Source: a virus | Strand: one strand, 5' to 3' | Length of the DNA stretch: 64,000 nucleotides | IMG/VR virus record: IMGVR_UViG_3300025684_000010 | Shown: piece after piece, positions 9,073 to 19,904 of the stretch | How the letters are laid out: each line of letters starts with the position of its first letter | How positions within the stretch are numbered: position 1 is the stretch's first letter | Translations under genes and position numbers: made by a program | Notes under the pieces: model-generated | What the model was told of the DNA's origin: nothing | The model's input: the letters and a program-made list of their open reading frames with translations, nothing else | The model's database searches: none

Positions 9073-12000
9073 TTATGAAGGCGGTGTTGTAATATCATAA
9101 TCGTTTTCTAAGTACTGGCCGAGCAAGTGTTTCATATCATCACTGACAACATGAGCAACATCTTCACGGAAGAATATTACATTTCCATAATTATAAATTC
9201 TACTTGTTGCGCCATACAGAGGCCCTGTTGTTAATTGAAGTCCTGTATAGCCTTGTGCCTGCGCGAACCTAAATGCAGACTCTGTAGCAGGCAAGAAGTT
9301 AACTCCTACGAATGGTCCGCCTGAATAAGGAACAACAGTATCTGCTCTTCCGTTCATTTGAACAATTCTTCTTTGTGGTATTGGAGTCTTCTGCGTTGTA
9401 TAACCATCCTGTGGCCATTCATCACCTGTATATAAATCATTTAATGGATACCAGAACGCACTATTTCTGTATTGGAAATCGTGCGTTTGTGATAGCATAC
9501 AGACAATCGTATCAACGGCAAGATCGTTAATTTCAACAGCAGCCCTTAATGCAAGTCCACCACCATTTGATACACCTACAATACGAATCTTAGTATTATC
9601 AACGTTTTTATATAGTTTCAGCTTAGTAATAAGTTCTTCCAACATTACAATGTCAGGACCGTTTGAAGTTTCATTTGAAACGTTCCAACTATTTGCATAG
9701 CCGTCAACTCCAATACATATATGTCCTGGCAATTCACTAGAGAATTGCGTTATCATTTGTGAACCTGATCCGCCATTGCCATGTAATAAAATAGCAACTG
9801 GGAATGGACCTGATCCTGATGGTATAGCTGCCGTTACGCTGTAATCGTGGAAACCTTGATACCAATTCTTTGTAATTGTTAGATCGGAAACATTATCTTG
9901 AACTAAAGTTAATCCGCCGGTTCCACCAGGTTCATGGTCGGCTGATACACCTGTATTATCAGCAGTAAAGTTAGTAGTACCTGCATTCAGCTCTGTTATA
10001 TCAGCAACATCGAACGGAGAACCACCACCTTGGTCGTTGAATCTTCGTAAGAATCTCGGTTTAATTGTTCCGCCTACCTTTGCCTTAAATATAAAGTCAC
10101 CAAACAGTTTTGAACCTGCCAAGTGAACATTTTCTTTTAATAACTTTTCATAATTCTGTATAGGTAAGCTTGATTTAATTTGATATGAATACTCTTGATA
10201 GAAATCACTATCTTGTATTCTTTGTCCTGAATCTAAATATTCTTGGTCGTATACATTAACGTCCGCATCAAATTCCCAAACAAGGTTTTCCTGTGAACTG
10301 TACCAAGCTTGTTGTTTCATTGAAGGAACAACAATATCATTCCATCTTGCCGTGATACTTGCAGCTGCACTTCTAGATCTTAGCTGCGTCAACCATATTC
10401 CAGTTGCGGCTGAGATTGCCATACCTTGTTTACTTAAATCATATATTGCGTATCCATCTGAAGCAGTACTACTAAACCAAGCTTCGAACGCAGGAGCTAA
10501 AGTTGGATAGGTTACTGTTGGATCAAATCCTATAGCTATTCGACTAACTATTAAAGGTAAAGATGCACCGGGTAAATTTGTTTTTGTTGTTGTTACACTA
10601 TTTTGTTTCCAACCACTTAAGTGAGAATTAGTTCCTGCCCAATATCCACTTGTTACACCTTGAGTATCTGCTTTAATAATACCGTGAGAAACGAATTCAT
10701 TATTGGCTGTTCTTAATTCACCTAAACCATTTGCGAAATCAGTAATCTCTGAATCATCTACTTCGTATTCCCAATAACCAAAACCAGAATTTAATATATT
10801 TACTTCTGAAATTTTCCCTACCGCAAATTCTGTTTCTGATTTAATCACTGCGTTGTCACCAAATCTTGCAGTTCCTAGGAAATCAGTTGCGATACTTAAA
10901 ACATTTTTTACCTGGTCTGGTGCATTCTCAAATGCAATGTTTTCGTTTTTATTTAATCCATTAATATTAAATGGAGTAATCGTAATAAATCCATCTTGTT
11001 GATTAACATCTGTTACGACACCATTTATACCAGAAGTTACACCTCGTATTCTATCTTTCACAGAGAACGAACCTGCATCACCAGCATCAGCAAATAAAAC
11101 AACTTGATTCTTACGATCTACATTTTTAAGTAATGAATCTTGGGCAATCGCAAATACATCACTCTGATAATCGGAACCAGGATTAATATTATCAAATCCT
11201 ACAATAGAACCAATTGTTAAATCTTGAATATCGAATGCTTGATCTAAAGGAGTAGTAAGAGTAACTGGCGAAGCAGTACCTGACATTGGAGTAACTGCGC
11301 CATAATCAGCAGCATCAAGTGTAACAGATACATAAGGTAATATGACGTCAGTAATAATTGAAGCAATAGATGTATCGTTTAATGATGAAACTTTTACATC
11401 GTTTACATTTAACGTATCAGGATAAAGAGGACCTGGAGAAGAACCATTTACTGATACTAATTGATTTGCTGTAAGAGATAAGTTAATTGTTATTTGAGGT
11501 ACAGGAGTAGATATACCGTTAACGAGAATATTTGGCCTGACTGTTGTAACCGTGGTACTATCAGTGAATCCAGTATTAGCGTATGCCGCGTCAAGTTTAA
11601 TTCCTATTGAAGATAAATTTTGCCCAATAATAATACCACTACGACCTGCCGTATCTTGTAATGTTTCACCTATAACAAATTCTTGATTAAAACCATTCGC
11701 ACTGTTATCAAGAATAATAGATTGGTCTGAAACAAGTAATCTTGTATTGTCAATCGTATAACCATAACCACCATTTTCTAAATCGTATTTAATTTGACCT
11801 GATGCTGTATCTGTAACTGCCGTGACAATTGCTTTACCTGCATTACCATCTTTCTGAAGTACATTAAGAACTTCACCAATTTCTCTACCTGCGAGATTCT
11901 TTCTTCTTGCTCCCACATCTGATCTATCAACAATAGTAAACTTTGAAAGAGATCCATTTGTTTTACCAAACTGTACCACTTCACCGTTTATGTTACAAAG

Positions 12001-12633
12001 AATATCTTCATACTTGTTAAATGTACCTTGAATACCATCAAGATATATGACAGGTGTTTTAATACCGTTTAGAATAAAGAAGTTAATTGATCTTACCGAT
12101 GCCTTTGCGCCAGTTACCGAACCTTCAATGTTACGAGCTAATAAATCAAGATACTTGTATTCCTTTCCAGTTTTTGAGGTAAATAAATCATTGTTTGGAA
12201 ACATCTGTAAATAAGTACCTTGCTTCCATGCAGAGTCAGATACCTTTTGCATCTTTTCAGCGGGATACACAATTTCAATTTCAAACTCTTGATAGAATAT
12301 AGCAAAGAATAATTCTATACCGCGGGCAGTACCTTTTGCTCGATATAAGTCAAGTATATTTTTAACAATAAATTTAACAAGATCTGCTTTAAGTGGAAGA
12401 TCAGCAAGAAACTTTTTCTTAAATAGTATAATCATACTATTCATTGTAGTATCAATATCTCTCGTTTCAAATAAACGTCTTGCTTGATAGATATGCTGAT
12501 TCTCTTGAGTTTCAGACCACCTATAATACTCTTCGACTAATTTAACAAGCTCAGGTCCATCTTCCCTGTAAATAGCGGGGAACTGATTCTTAATGAAAAG
12601 CGACAGATTTTTTTGTATATCACCCTGAGGCAT
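9073..12633 (-). CDS. gp7: baseplate wedge initiator gp7-like with C-terminal alpha/beta-hydrolase (LpqC/PHB-depolymerase-like esterase)
   Basis: YRAKGTARGIELFF, IQDSDFYQEYSYQIKS; C-terminal LLHGNGGS, GVSNGG, GRADTVVPY, AH. Confidence 0.75.
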   Translation of the reverse strand: MPQGDIQKNLSLFIKNQFPAIYREDGPELVKLVEEYYRWSETQENQHIYQARRLFETRDIDTTMNSMIILFKKKFLADLPLKADLVKFIVKNILDLYRAKGTARGIELFFAIFYQEFEIEIVYPAEKMQKVSDSAWKQGTYLQMFPNNDLFTSKTGKEYKYLDLLARNIEGSVTGAKASVRSINFFILNGIKTPVIYLDGIQGTFNKYEDILCNINGEVVQFGKTNGSLSKFTIVDRSDVGARRKNLAGREIGEVLNVLQKDGNAGKAIVTAVTDTASGQIKYDLENGGYGYTIDNTRLLVSDQSIILDNSANGFNQEFVIGETLQDTAGRSGIIIGQNLSSIGIKLDAAYANTGFTDSTTVTTVRPNILVNGISTPVPQITINLSLTANQLVSVNGSSPGPLYPDTLNVNDVKVSSLNDTSIASIITDVILPYVSVTLDAADYGAVTPMSGTASPVTLTTPLDQAFDIQDLTIGSIVGFDNINPGSDYQSDVFAIAQDSLLKNVDRKNQVVLFADAGDAGSFSVKDRIRGVTSGINGVVTDVNQQDGFITITPFNINGLNKNENIAFENAPDQVKNVLSIATDFLGTARFGDNAVIKSETEFAVGKISEVNILNSGFGYWEYEVDDSEITDFANGLGELRTANNEFVSHGIIKADTQGVTSGYWAGTNSHLSGWKQNSVTTTKTNLPGASLPLIVSRIAIGFDPTVTYPTLAPAFEAWFSSTASDGYAIYDLSKQGMAISAATGIWLTQLRSRSAAASITARWNDIVVPSMKQQAWYSSQENLVWEFDADVNVYDQEYLDSGQRIQDSDFYQEYSYQIKSSLPIQNYEKLLKENVHLAGSKLFGDFIFKAKVGGTIKPRFLRRFNDQGGGSPFDVADITELNAGTTNFTADNTGVSADHEPGGTGGLTLVQDNVSDLTITKNWYQGFHDYSVTAAIPSGSGPFPVAILLHGNGGSGSQMITQFSSELPGHICIGVDGYANSWNVSNETSNGPDIVMLEELITKLKLYKNVDNTKIRIVGVSNGGGLALRAAVEINDLAVDTIVCMLSQTHDFQYRNSAFWYPLNDLYTGDEWPQDGYTTQKTPIPQRRIVQMNGRADTVVPYSGGPFVGVNFLPATESAFRFAQAQGYTGLQLTTGPLYGATSRIYNYGNVIFFREDVAHVVSDDMKHLLGQYLENDYDITTPPS

Positions 12634-12648
12634 AATTCTCTTCTCTTA

Positions 12649-14532
12649 TTAATAACTTGTTGAGTTAACAGACACCGGAGCTATGAACTCATCCAAAGTC
12701 AATACTACTTTAACGTCTGTATCTCTTAATATAAACACGCGACCTTTTGGAGCAACAACATCGTTATCTACAGTTTTCGCAGTTACTTTAATCGCACTGC
12801 CTGTAAATGTTTCTACCTTAAAGTTTGTTAGTTTCACTTCACCTTTATCATAATCAATTGTACCTGCAGTTGGATTAATAATCTGCGGGTTTGTTGCTTC
12901 ATCAGTAATGATCATAATATTACCTAAGCCATCATCTTGGAAATATACACAAGTACCATTTATATCAAACGGTGAAGATTTAACAGCAGGCTTAAAGTTT
13001 GTGAAACCATTTGCCGCATTGTAAATATAAGGTCTTACTAACGGCGTTTCAAATCTGAATGTTGGGTTTGTATTAAAATTAAGTGGTGGTGAATATTCAA
13101 TGACAGGCGATACTGTAATCTCACTACTTAATATTCCTACATCTAATGCATCAATAATACCTGATAGTTTAGATCGTCTTAAAGTTTTATCAAATCCTTC
13201 AAGGTTATCATCAGAATATTTTTGAATCGCAGCTCTTGCCAACGTTTCTAATTCTGCTTCACCTTTTTCTGTATTCTTTTTGGTGTAATTTATAATTACT
13301 TCCATATCACCATAAACGAATTCGGTTTGTTTAAAGATTGGTTCAATACCTAGTGGAGCTCTTTCTTTTAAATAAGCCAAATAAGAATTGGATAAAGTAG
13401 AGGATATGATTTGTGTATCATCATTTAAATAAACAGAAACAGCAACTCTACCAAATTGAGGTGGATCTAACTGTTCACCACCGTATGCAGACACTGCGGA
13501 TATCTCAGGGAATGCTTGTTGTAATAATACTTCGTAATCTTTCGATGTGACTGCTCGTTCTTGTACCTGTAATGCCTTAGGAGCAAAATATCGAATGGAT
13601 TCCATTGACTCTCTTTCAGCACCACCTGCCGCAGCAGACAATGTATAAGCAGAGATCGTTGCGTTTTCAATAAAAGATCCTGAAAACGAACTGTCTTTAC
13701 CTGCACCATTTGGCTCAGTTCCTGAACAGATTCTATATCGTACTCTTACATCTTCAAACTCTTGAGGTTGTAAACCAAATTGATTCTTACCAAAGTAAAT
13801 AGAATACTTATCATCAAGATATGGTTCAAGGTAGAATACTTTATCTTGAGGACTAATACCGTAAATAGTATTTGCTCTTGTAAATACGTTTGCATCATCA
13901 GTTGCTTCTGCATCAACAAACACAACAATTGAATCTGTATCTACTTCGTTGTTTGTAAGGAATACTCTAAGTACTCCGTCTGCATCAACAATAAATCCTT
14001 CTCTTTGGAAACTTGATAACATTTCACCTTCGTAAACATCAACACTTGCAGCAACAAATGAACCTGATTCAAATACAACACCAGTTTGAGGATTGATGTC
14101 AGTTGATAATACTTTTCTGGCCGTATACATTTTATCTGTTACGAATGAAAAACTTTCACCTTGATGATTTACTTTAAATTGAGAATATTTTGGAATTGTA
14201 ATTGTTGCGTCTTCACGTGTTGGATCTTGAATCACAACATATAGTGTAGCCTTAGCAGACTTACGTGAACGAGGTATATAGTTTAATTCTTTTGCATGGG
14301 AAACGATTGAGTTCTTAAGGATGGCAGAGTCAAGAAACATTTCGTTAAGTGCCATGTTTGTATAGAAGTTATTCTGATAACTATTAAACGCAAGAACATC
14401 TAACAAGACGCTCATGTTTGAGCCATCAAAGTTATAATCCTTGAATTGCGTTTGTGTTTCTAGATAACTCCTAAGTTGACTTTTTACTGCGCCGAAGTCA
14501 AGTTCGGTAATTGGTGTTTTTGGATTTGCCAT
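12649..14532 (-). CDS. gp6: baseplate wedge subunit gp6
   Basis: ELDFGAVK...FKDYNFDGSNMSVLLDVLAFN...NEMFLDSA; RAVTSKDY. Confidence 0.92.
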   Translation of the reverse strand: MANPKTPITELDFGAVKSQLRSYLETQTQFKDYNFDGSNMSVLLDVLAFNSYQNNFYTNMALNEMFLDSAILKNSIVSHAKELNYIPRSRKSAKATLYVVIQDPTREDATITIPKYSQFKVNHQGESFSFVTDKMYTARKVLSTDINPQTGVVFESGSFVAASVDVYEGEMLSSFQREGFIVDADGVLRVFLTNNEVDTDSIVVFVDAEATDDANVFTRANTIYGISPQDKVFYLEPYLDDKYSIYFGKNQFGLQPQEFEDVRVRYRICSGTEPNGAGKDSSFSGSFIENATISAYTLSAAAGGAERESMESIRYFAPKALQVQERAVTSKDYEVLLQQAFPEISAVSAYGGEQLDPPQFGRVAVSVYLNDDTQIISSTLSNSYLAYLKERAPLGIEPIFKQTEFVYGDMEVIINYTKKNTEKGEAELETLARAAIQKYSDDNLEGFDKTLRRSKLSGIIDALDVGILSSEITVSPVIEYSPPLNFNTNPTFRFETPLVRPYIYNAANGFTNFKPAVKSSPFDINGTCVYFQDDGLGNIMIITDEATNPQIINPTAGTIDYDKGEVKLTNFKVETFTGSAIKVTAKTVDNDVVAPKGRVFILRDTDVKVVLTLDEFIAPVSVNSTSY

Positions 14533-14534
14533 CT

Positions 14535-14954
14535 CTATCTATTCCTTTGTAATACAACGTCTAACTGTATTGGCTGTTCAACCTGTCTAATATAAAAAGT
14601 AATCCCAACGTAGACTTCACCATCGTCAGGCTTTGAACTTACTGCAACATTAATTAATTGAGCTCTTGGTTCATAGGTCTGAATTGTTGACGTTACTCTA
14701 TCTTCTATTAATTTTAATGTACCGGGTGTTAAATTTTCAAATAACATTGCTCTGATATTGCCACCCATATAAGGTTGCATTAATCTTTCGCCGCGATCTG
14801 TTAATATTAAATTCTTAATTGATTCTTTAACTGCTTCTTCATCTTTTAGAAGCACTACATCAAATGAAACTGGACTCACGAGCAGATCTTTACGAAAATC
14901 AGTGTTAAGATTAATCTTTTTCTTTACTGGTGAAATGTAATCTGCAATTGCCAT
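14535..14954 (-). CDS. gp25: baseplate wedge subunit gp25
   Basis: AVKESIKNLILTDRGERLMQPYMG...YEPRA. Confidence 0.92.
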   Translation of the reverse strand: MAIADYISPVKKKINLNTDFRKDLLVSPVSFDVVLLKDEEAVKESIKNLILTDRGERLMQPYMGGNIRAMLFENLTPGTLKLIEDRVTSTIQTYEPRAQLINVAVSSKPDDGEVYVGITFYIRQVEQPIQLDVVLQRNR

Positions 14955-16516
14955 TATAGTATTTCTCTTATATCTAAATGAATCTTATTTAACTCTGGGT
15001 AATCCTTAACATATTTAAATCCACCTTTTAATGCATTTTGAATAAAGGCTTCGGGATCTGCCATATCTCTTTTAACATCAATAACCAAACCACTCAAGTG
15101 TGAATTGTCTTCAGGTCCGTCTGCCTTTGTGTTATAAGCTTTACTTACCCAGCCTTCTGTTATTATTAAAGGTTTTGCTGAAGACGTTAATTTCTGTAAT
15201 CTGTGTAGGTATACTTTAACATCAAGGTCAATTCTTGTCCAGGCATATATACCAATACCTTCTTTTTCGTCAAACGAATCTCCTTCGACTCTAAATACAT
15301 CTGACGATCCTTTAAATACATTACCACATCTTGGAAGGTTTTTATAGTCCTCAGCAGTAATGGGTTTAACATTCTGCGGTATTTTACCTGTGTCAGTCTT
15401 TTCATTACCACCAGGAGAAGTCCATCTACCTTGTAATCTATTTATTACCTCTTTCCTAGTCGATGGAGAATACCTTATAGCTCCTGCTCTGATAGCAGAT
15501 GACTCATTGATTCTTGAGATGTTTTTAAGACGATCTACGATTGTACTGTATCGCCTTGTATAATCATCAAGGGGTTTATTAATGTCCCTTATCAATGATT
15601 CTATTGACCCTGCAAGTGCACAGATCCTAGCTACAATGTATTGAATCTCTTCGATACCAGGTGATTCAAATGCAGCTACTGCGTAATCAATTAAACCTTT
15701 TATCTTATCTTTAATACCTTTCTTATTCTCTTCAGTAAAGAATGCACACATCTGTTCTCTTGCTGTCATAATACCTTTTACAACTTTTGCATTCACAAAT
15801 GTTTCTGCATCTGCCACCAGCGCACTCGGATCAAAGTTGTTTATCATATCTTGTACTTCATCAAAGACTTTATTGATTACTTCTTCAATCTTTTCTTTAA
15901 TTGCTTTAATTAACTTTTTGATTAATTCTTCTGCCGTTAGATCTTTAATACCATCATAACCTCTACTGATCTTATCGGCCAAAGCTAATGCATCGGCTAT
16001 GATACCATCAACCACTCCAATTAAATCAAAGAACGCATCTACTGATAAAAAGAAACTATCAAAGGCATCGCAGAATCCACCTAAGATAGAAGTATTGAAA
16101 TCATTCTTATAATATGCATCAAGGTTTCTTGCTAGTTTAGGAGCATTACCATCATTGATTAAATTAGTAGGTGTATAGTTATATGCTTGCATGAAGTCGG
16201 CAGTTTCAAGATTTGATATATCACCTCGTTGCCATCTATCAGATAAATCAGGATAACTACTTAAATCACCTATTTGTTGTCTAAGCAAACCATTTAAATA
16301 ACCAGATGCAGCATATATCTTATCACCGTATTTGTTAACTGCTCTACTTAACGGATTTGTTTCTGCATCTTGGAGTATACTATTAGCAATCTCTTGAGTC
16401 ACAAGATCAATTTGTCCAAGAGTATATCTTCCTGCGCCATCAATGGCTGGAATTTTATTAATTAATAAAGTATTCTGAGTTACTTGATCGTTACCGTCTA
16501 CGCATGGATCGACCAT
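14954..16516 (-). CDS. helical virion-associated protein with C-terminal peptidase M15 (Zn D-Ala-D-Ala peptidase-like) domain
   Basis: C-terminal ITEGW..., SHLSGLVIDV (H, D) and IHLDIR (H); located between gp5 and gp25. Confidence 0.7.
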   Translation of the reverse strand: MVDPCVDGNDQVTQNTLLINKIPAIDGAGRYTLGQIDLVTQEIANSILQDAETNPLSRAVNKYGDKIYAASGYLNGLLRQQIGDLSSYPDLSDRWQRGDISNLETADFMQAYNYTPTNLINDGNAPKLARNLDAYYKNDFNTSILGGFCDAFDSFFLSVDAFFDLIGVVDGIIADALALADKISRGYDGIKDLTAEELIKKLIKAIKEKIEEVINKVFDEVQDMINNFDPSALVADAETFVNAKVVKGIMTAREQMCAFFTEENKKGIKDKIKGLIDYAVAAFESPGIEEIQYIVARICALAGSIESLIRDINKPLDDYTRRYSTIVDRLKNISRINESSAIRAGAIRYSPSTRKEVINRLQGRWTSPGGNEKTDTGKIPQNVKPITAEDYKNLPRCGNVFKGSSDVFRVEGDSFDEKEGIGIYAWTRIDLDVKVYLHRLQKLTSSAKPLIITEGWVSKAYNTKADGPEDNSHLSGLVIDVKRDMADPEAFIQNALKGGFKYVKDYPELNKIHLDIREIL

Positions 16517-18249
16517 TATCTACGTCCTCTTCTTGTTAGAGATTTCGTTTGATCTTTCGCCGAATCATCTAACGCTGAAATATATCCACCAGAATATCCC
16601 ATCGCAAAATAACCACGAGGAACAATCGATGTTGACTTTTTAGGTGGTTCAGGCATCTTGGCTAAAGTCATTCCCCATGCTCCTAAACCAAGTGGTAAGA
16701 AGTCGGCAATAATAGCAGCGAATGCAGAAGCAGGATTTAATACCTTAGCAATAAACTCTGGACTATTACCTGTAGGATACGCCCAGCCTGAAGTTAATCC
16801 TGGTAAAGGAGCAACGATTGGAGCAGATATAGCAGGAGGTAATAATGCAGGTACACTTGGTATTGATACACTTACAGCTGGTGGACGATATAAACCATTA
16901 TATGCAGCTCCTGTTGCTGTCATAAGTGGTGCACCTAAATTAGTAAAGTCACCACTTGTTGCTATTACTGCCGTTGCGACAACTGATGGAGAATTAACAA
17001 CACTACTTGAAGTAATGATACCTGAGTTAATAGCAGTAGTATTAAATACTCCTGTATGAGAAGTTGATACCGAAGCGATTTGCATTGTTGGTGTAGTTAA
17101 ACTCCAACCCGGTGTTGGTACAGCAGTTCCTGTTAGAGGAGTAGGCGGTATTTTACCACTTGCTAAACTAATTATGTTTGAAGCTGTATTATGTATATCA
17201 CCTGGTGTAGATAACTTAATTGCTTTAGTTGAGAATACATCGTAAGTATTTAATGCAGTAGCTTTAATATTTTTGGCAACAAAGTTTAATTGATTTCTTG
17301 CTTCAAATTGTATTTCTTTTTTCGCAAATAAAGTAGCAATACCTGCGTTGGCTTCGATCTTAATATCTCCGCCTCTCATTTGAACCTGATCACTTGCATT
17401 TAAATTCATTTGACCGCCAACACCAAACTCTGCGTGACCATGCACAAGCAATTTATAATCGCCTTCTATTTCTTCTGTTTTATTTCCTTTTACATAAACA
17501 TGAGCGTTACCATTAACTGTAACTACACTATGACCTGATGATTCGTGTTTTGTTCCAATATTAATTTCATAACGATCTGCGGCAGCTTTTTCAGAAACTG
17601 TACCTTTTGAATCTATTTGAATATATGCACCACTATCGTGATGAATCATAATTCTTTCTGCACCAGGAGAATCATCTAATTCAATACTGTGTCTTCCTGA
17701 TTTAATTACTCTATTATATGGATATTTGGCTGCGTAAGCTGGTGGAGGTTCAGACCACGTTTCATCTGTATCAGCAATCTTTTGATCATGCGTACGATTG
17801 GCTGCTTGTTGTAATAGATAAGTTTCATTTAATAATTCACCGCGAGCTAATCTATCTGGTCCGCCGCCTGCGTTGAAATCATTTGGAGTATAACCTCTTG
17901 CTAATAGATCACCATTCTTTTCAGGAATAACACCTTCACCGTCTTTAGTTGGATCTGAGACTGTATTATACATACCAGGTAATAAACCTAATATGATTGG
18001 ATGTTGTGCCATTCGTCCATCTAAGAACATTCCGTATACATAAGATCCTAATGATGGTGGTGGATTGTTTGGATCGTAATTACCTGCTGCACACATTGCC
18101 CAAGGCAAATCTTTTGTTTCAATTTCTTGATTTGTTCCGTGTACGCCAAACGCTCGAACTCTTACTCGACCTTCGTGAGTTTCATCGAGATTGCCTTCAA
18201 CCATACCGATGAAGAAGAACGGATTACTTATTCCTGTACCATCAATCAT
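16516..18249 (-). CDS. gp5: baseplate hub / spike gp5-like (OB-fold + beta-helix, no lysozyme domain seen)
   Basis: FFIGMVEG..GRVRVRAFGVH..LPWA; YPYNRV..SGRHSIELDDSPGAERI. Confidence 0.88.
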   Translation of the reverse strand: MIDGTGISNPFFFIGMVEGNLDETHEGRVRVRAFGVHGTNQEIETKDLPWAMCAAGNYDPNNPPPSLGSYVYGMFLDGRMAQHPIILGLLPGMYNTVSDPTKDGEGVIPEKNGDLLARGYTPNDFNAGGGPDRLARGELLNETYLLQQAANRTHDQKIADTDETWSEPPPAYAAKYPYNRVIKSGRHSIELDDSPGAERIMIHHDSGAYIQIDSKGTVSEKAAADRYEINIGTKHESSGHSVVTVNGNAHVYVKGNKTEEIEGDYKLLVHGHAEFGVGGQMNLNASDQVQMRGGDIKIEANAGIATLFAKKEIQFEARNQLNFVAKNIKATALNTYDVFSTKAIKLSTPGDIHNTASNIISLASGKIPPTPLTGTAVPTPGWSLTTPTMQIASVSTSHTGVFNTTAINSGIITSSSVVNSPSVVATAVIATSGDFTNLGAPLMTATGAAYNGLYRPPAVSVSIPSVPALLPPAISAPIVAPLPGLTSGWAYPTGNSPEFIAKVLNPASAFAAIIADFLPLGLGAWGMTLAKMPEPPKKSTSIVPRGYFAMGYSGGYISALDDSAKDQTKSLTRRGRR

Positions 18250-19637
18250 ATATCACCTTTTTGCCAACCATATTTTATCGCTTCGACTTTAGTACTCAGC
18301 GTGTTCATCTCCATTGAATGGTCAACGCTAGCAATTAAATATTTGCCACTCAATCTTTCATTTTGTTTACTTTCTAACGCAATGTTAGGTTCTTGTGTAA
18401 TTAGATTAATCACATCGCCTGGTACCAAATCTATCCTGCCTTCAATACCCAAAGAAACTGTTGAATTATTTAAATGGTAATTATAAGCAACTCTGTTTTG
18501 AATAATCTCAACCATATTTTGTGGTGTACGAAGTACTTGACCTGGTATTGAAGCAACTCCATCAGGTTGCCAATCTCTGTATACCACATATTGCTTTGCG
18601 TTTTTGTTTTCGTCTTTAAATGTTTCTTTTATAAATTTATCTGAATGTACTGCACCAACGTTTGATGTTCTTGGTTGTCCTGTCATACCAATGTATTTCT
18701 TTTTTGCGTTTTGATAATCAAATTTATAAGAAGTTCTTGTATGATTCACGAAATCAATTTCCATTACCGTGTTCTTATAAGCACCACTATCAATGTCAGC
18801 GCCTGTATCAACATGATTCTGATTAGAAAAAGATACAACGTTTCTTACCATTATCTTAGCGTATTGTGAGGCGTCTTGTTCTGAAAAGCTTAAATAGTAA
18901 AAGTCTTTAATTTTACTTTCATTCTTTATTGCTCTTTTTAACATCCATTCGTCAGTTACCCAATAGTAACCATCAAAAGTTTCAAAGAAACGATACATGT
19001 TCGATGGAGATTGTGATCCTGCTTTTGATTTACTTGCCAAGAAGTTCATTGCTTGGGCTGGAGTATAATCAGGAATGATCGTTCTCATCTGACCATCAGA
19101 TTCTTCGATATAAAACGCTCTTCCTTTATTTGAAGTTAATTGTAAACCTTCAGAGTTATCAGGCATTTCACCAACTGACGTTGCTGTACTTAATTCTTTA
19201 TTTGAATTAAAATACTTTTTAAATATTTCTCTAGCAGCATATGATCCTGATATATTTGTAAAGGCAGTTATCACGCTTTGTATTCCTGCTCTAAAGGTTG
19301 TTCTGCTTACAAAGTGTAATGTATAAAAATAACCATCGCCTAAATCGTTTTTACTTAAACCATCAATTTTAACTATTTGACCTTTAATGTTTAATTCTGT
19401 TTGAAGATCATGTCCTTTAATTATTAATTCTAATTCTTCTTCTGCCCTTAATGGGAAATCGTGTAACGTTCCAACTTGGTCTAAGACCTTAAGTGTTCCA
19501 GAAAAAGAAGAGCTATAGATAGATTGCTTTAGATTAAATCCATATATCAAAGCAGTAATAGAAGCGTCTCTATTGTCCACCGATTTAATCATAGCGCTTT
19601 CTATAGTACAATGAGAAGGATTAAAAGATTCTGACAT
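18246..19637 (-). CDS. baseplate hub protein (gp27-like / phage late control D-like)
   Basis: FFETFDGYYW, LVPGDVINL, LSGKYLIASVDH; directly upstream of gp5. Confidence 0.6.
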   Translation of the reverse strand: MSESFNPSHCTIESAMIKSVDNRDASITALIYGFNLKQSIYSSSFSGTLKVLDQVGTLHDFPLRAEEELELIIKGHDLQTELNIKGQIVKIDGLSKNDLGDGYFYTLHFVSRTTFRAGIQSVITAFTNISGSYAAREIFKKYFNSNKELSTATSVGEMPDNSEGLQLTSNKGRAFYIEESDGQMRTIIPDYTPAQAMNFLASKSKAGSQSPSNMYRFFETFDGYYWVTDEWMLKRAIKNESKIKDFYYLSFSEQDASQYAKIMVRNVVSFSNQNHVDTGADIDSGAYKNTVMEIDFVNHTRTSYKFDYQNAKKKYIGMTGQPRTSNVGAVHSDKFIKETFKDENKNAKQYVVYRDWQPDGVASIPGQVLRTPQNMVEIIQNRVAYNYHLNNSTVSLGIEGRIDLVPGDVINLITQEPNIALESKQNERLSGKYLIASVDHSMEMNTLSTKVEAIKYGWQKGDI

Positions 19638-19894
19638 TATTCAGTACTTACCGAGTTTTTGAATTCACGTGATAATTGACCTAAGAACGCGTTATCGAAT
19701 AAAAAGATTTCTTTTTTGTTATCATTGATTTGCTCTTCATATTCAAAGATGCGATAAGGAACCCAATCTTCAGGAATGATTCTTTTAATGATTATCTTCT
19801 GTCCACGTTCAGTACGCATAATCACGCGATCTTCTTTACGAAGATAAATTGTTCGGAATGATTCCGGTGCTAAGATAATATTATCAACTGCCAT
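19637..19894 (-). CDS. gp53 C-terminal half (separate ORF)
   Basis: FEYEEQINDNKKEIFLF...LGQLSREF resembles the gp53 C-terminus; own AGGA SD overlapping the upstream TAG. Confidence 0.6.
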   Translation of the reverse strand: MAVDNIILAPESFRTIYLRKEDRVIMRTERGQKIIIKRIIPEDWVPYRIFEYEEQINDNKKEIFLFDNAFLGQLSREFKNSVSTE

Positions 19895-19904
19895 TTGTTA
19901 TTTC

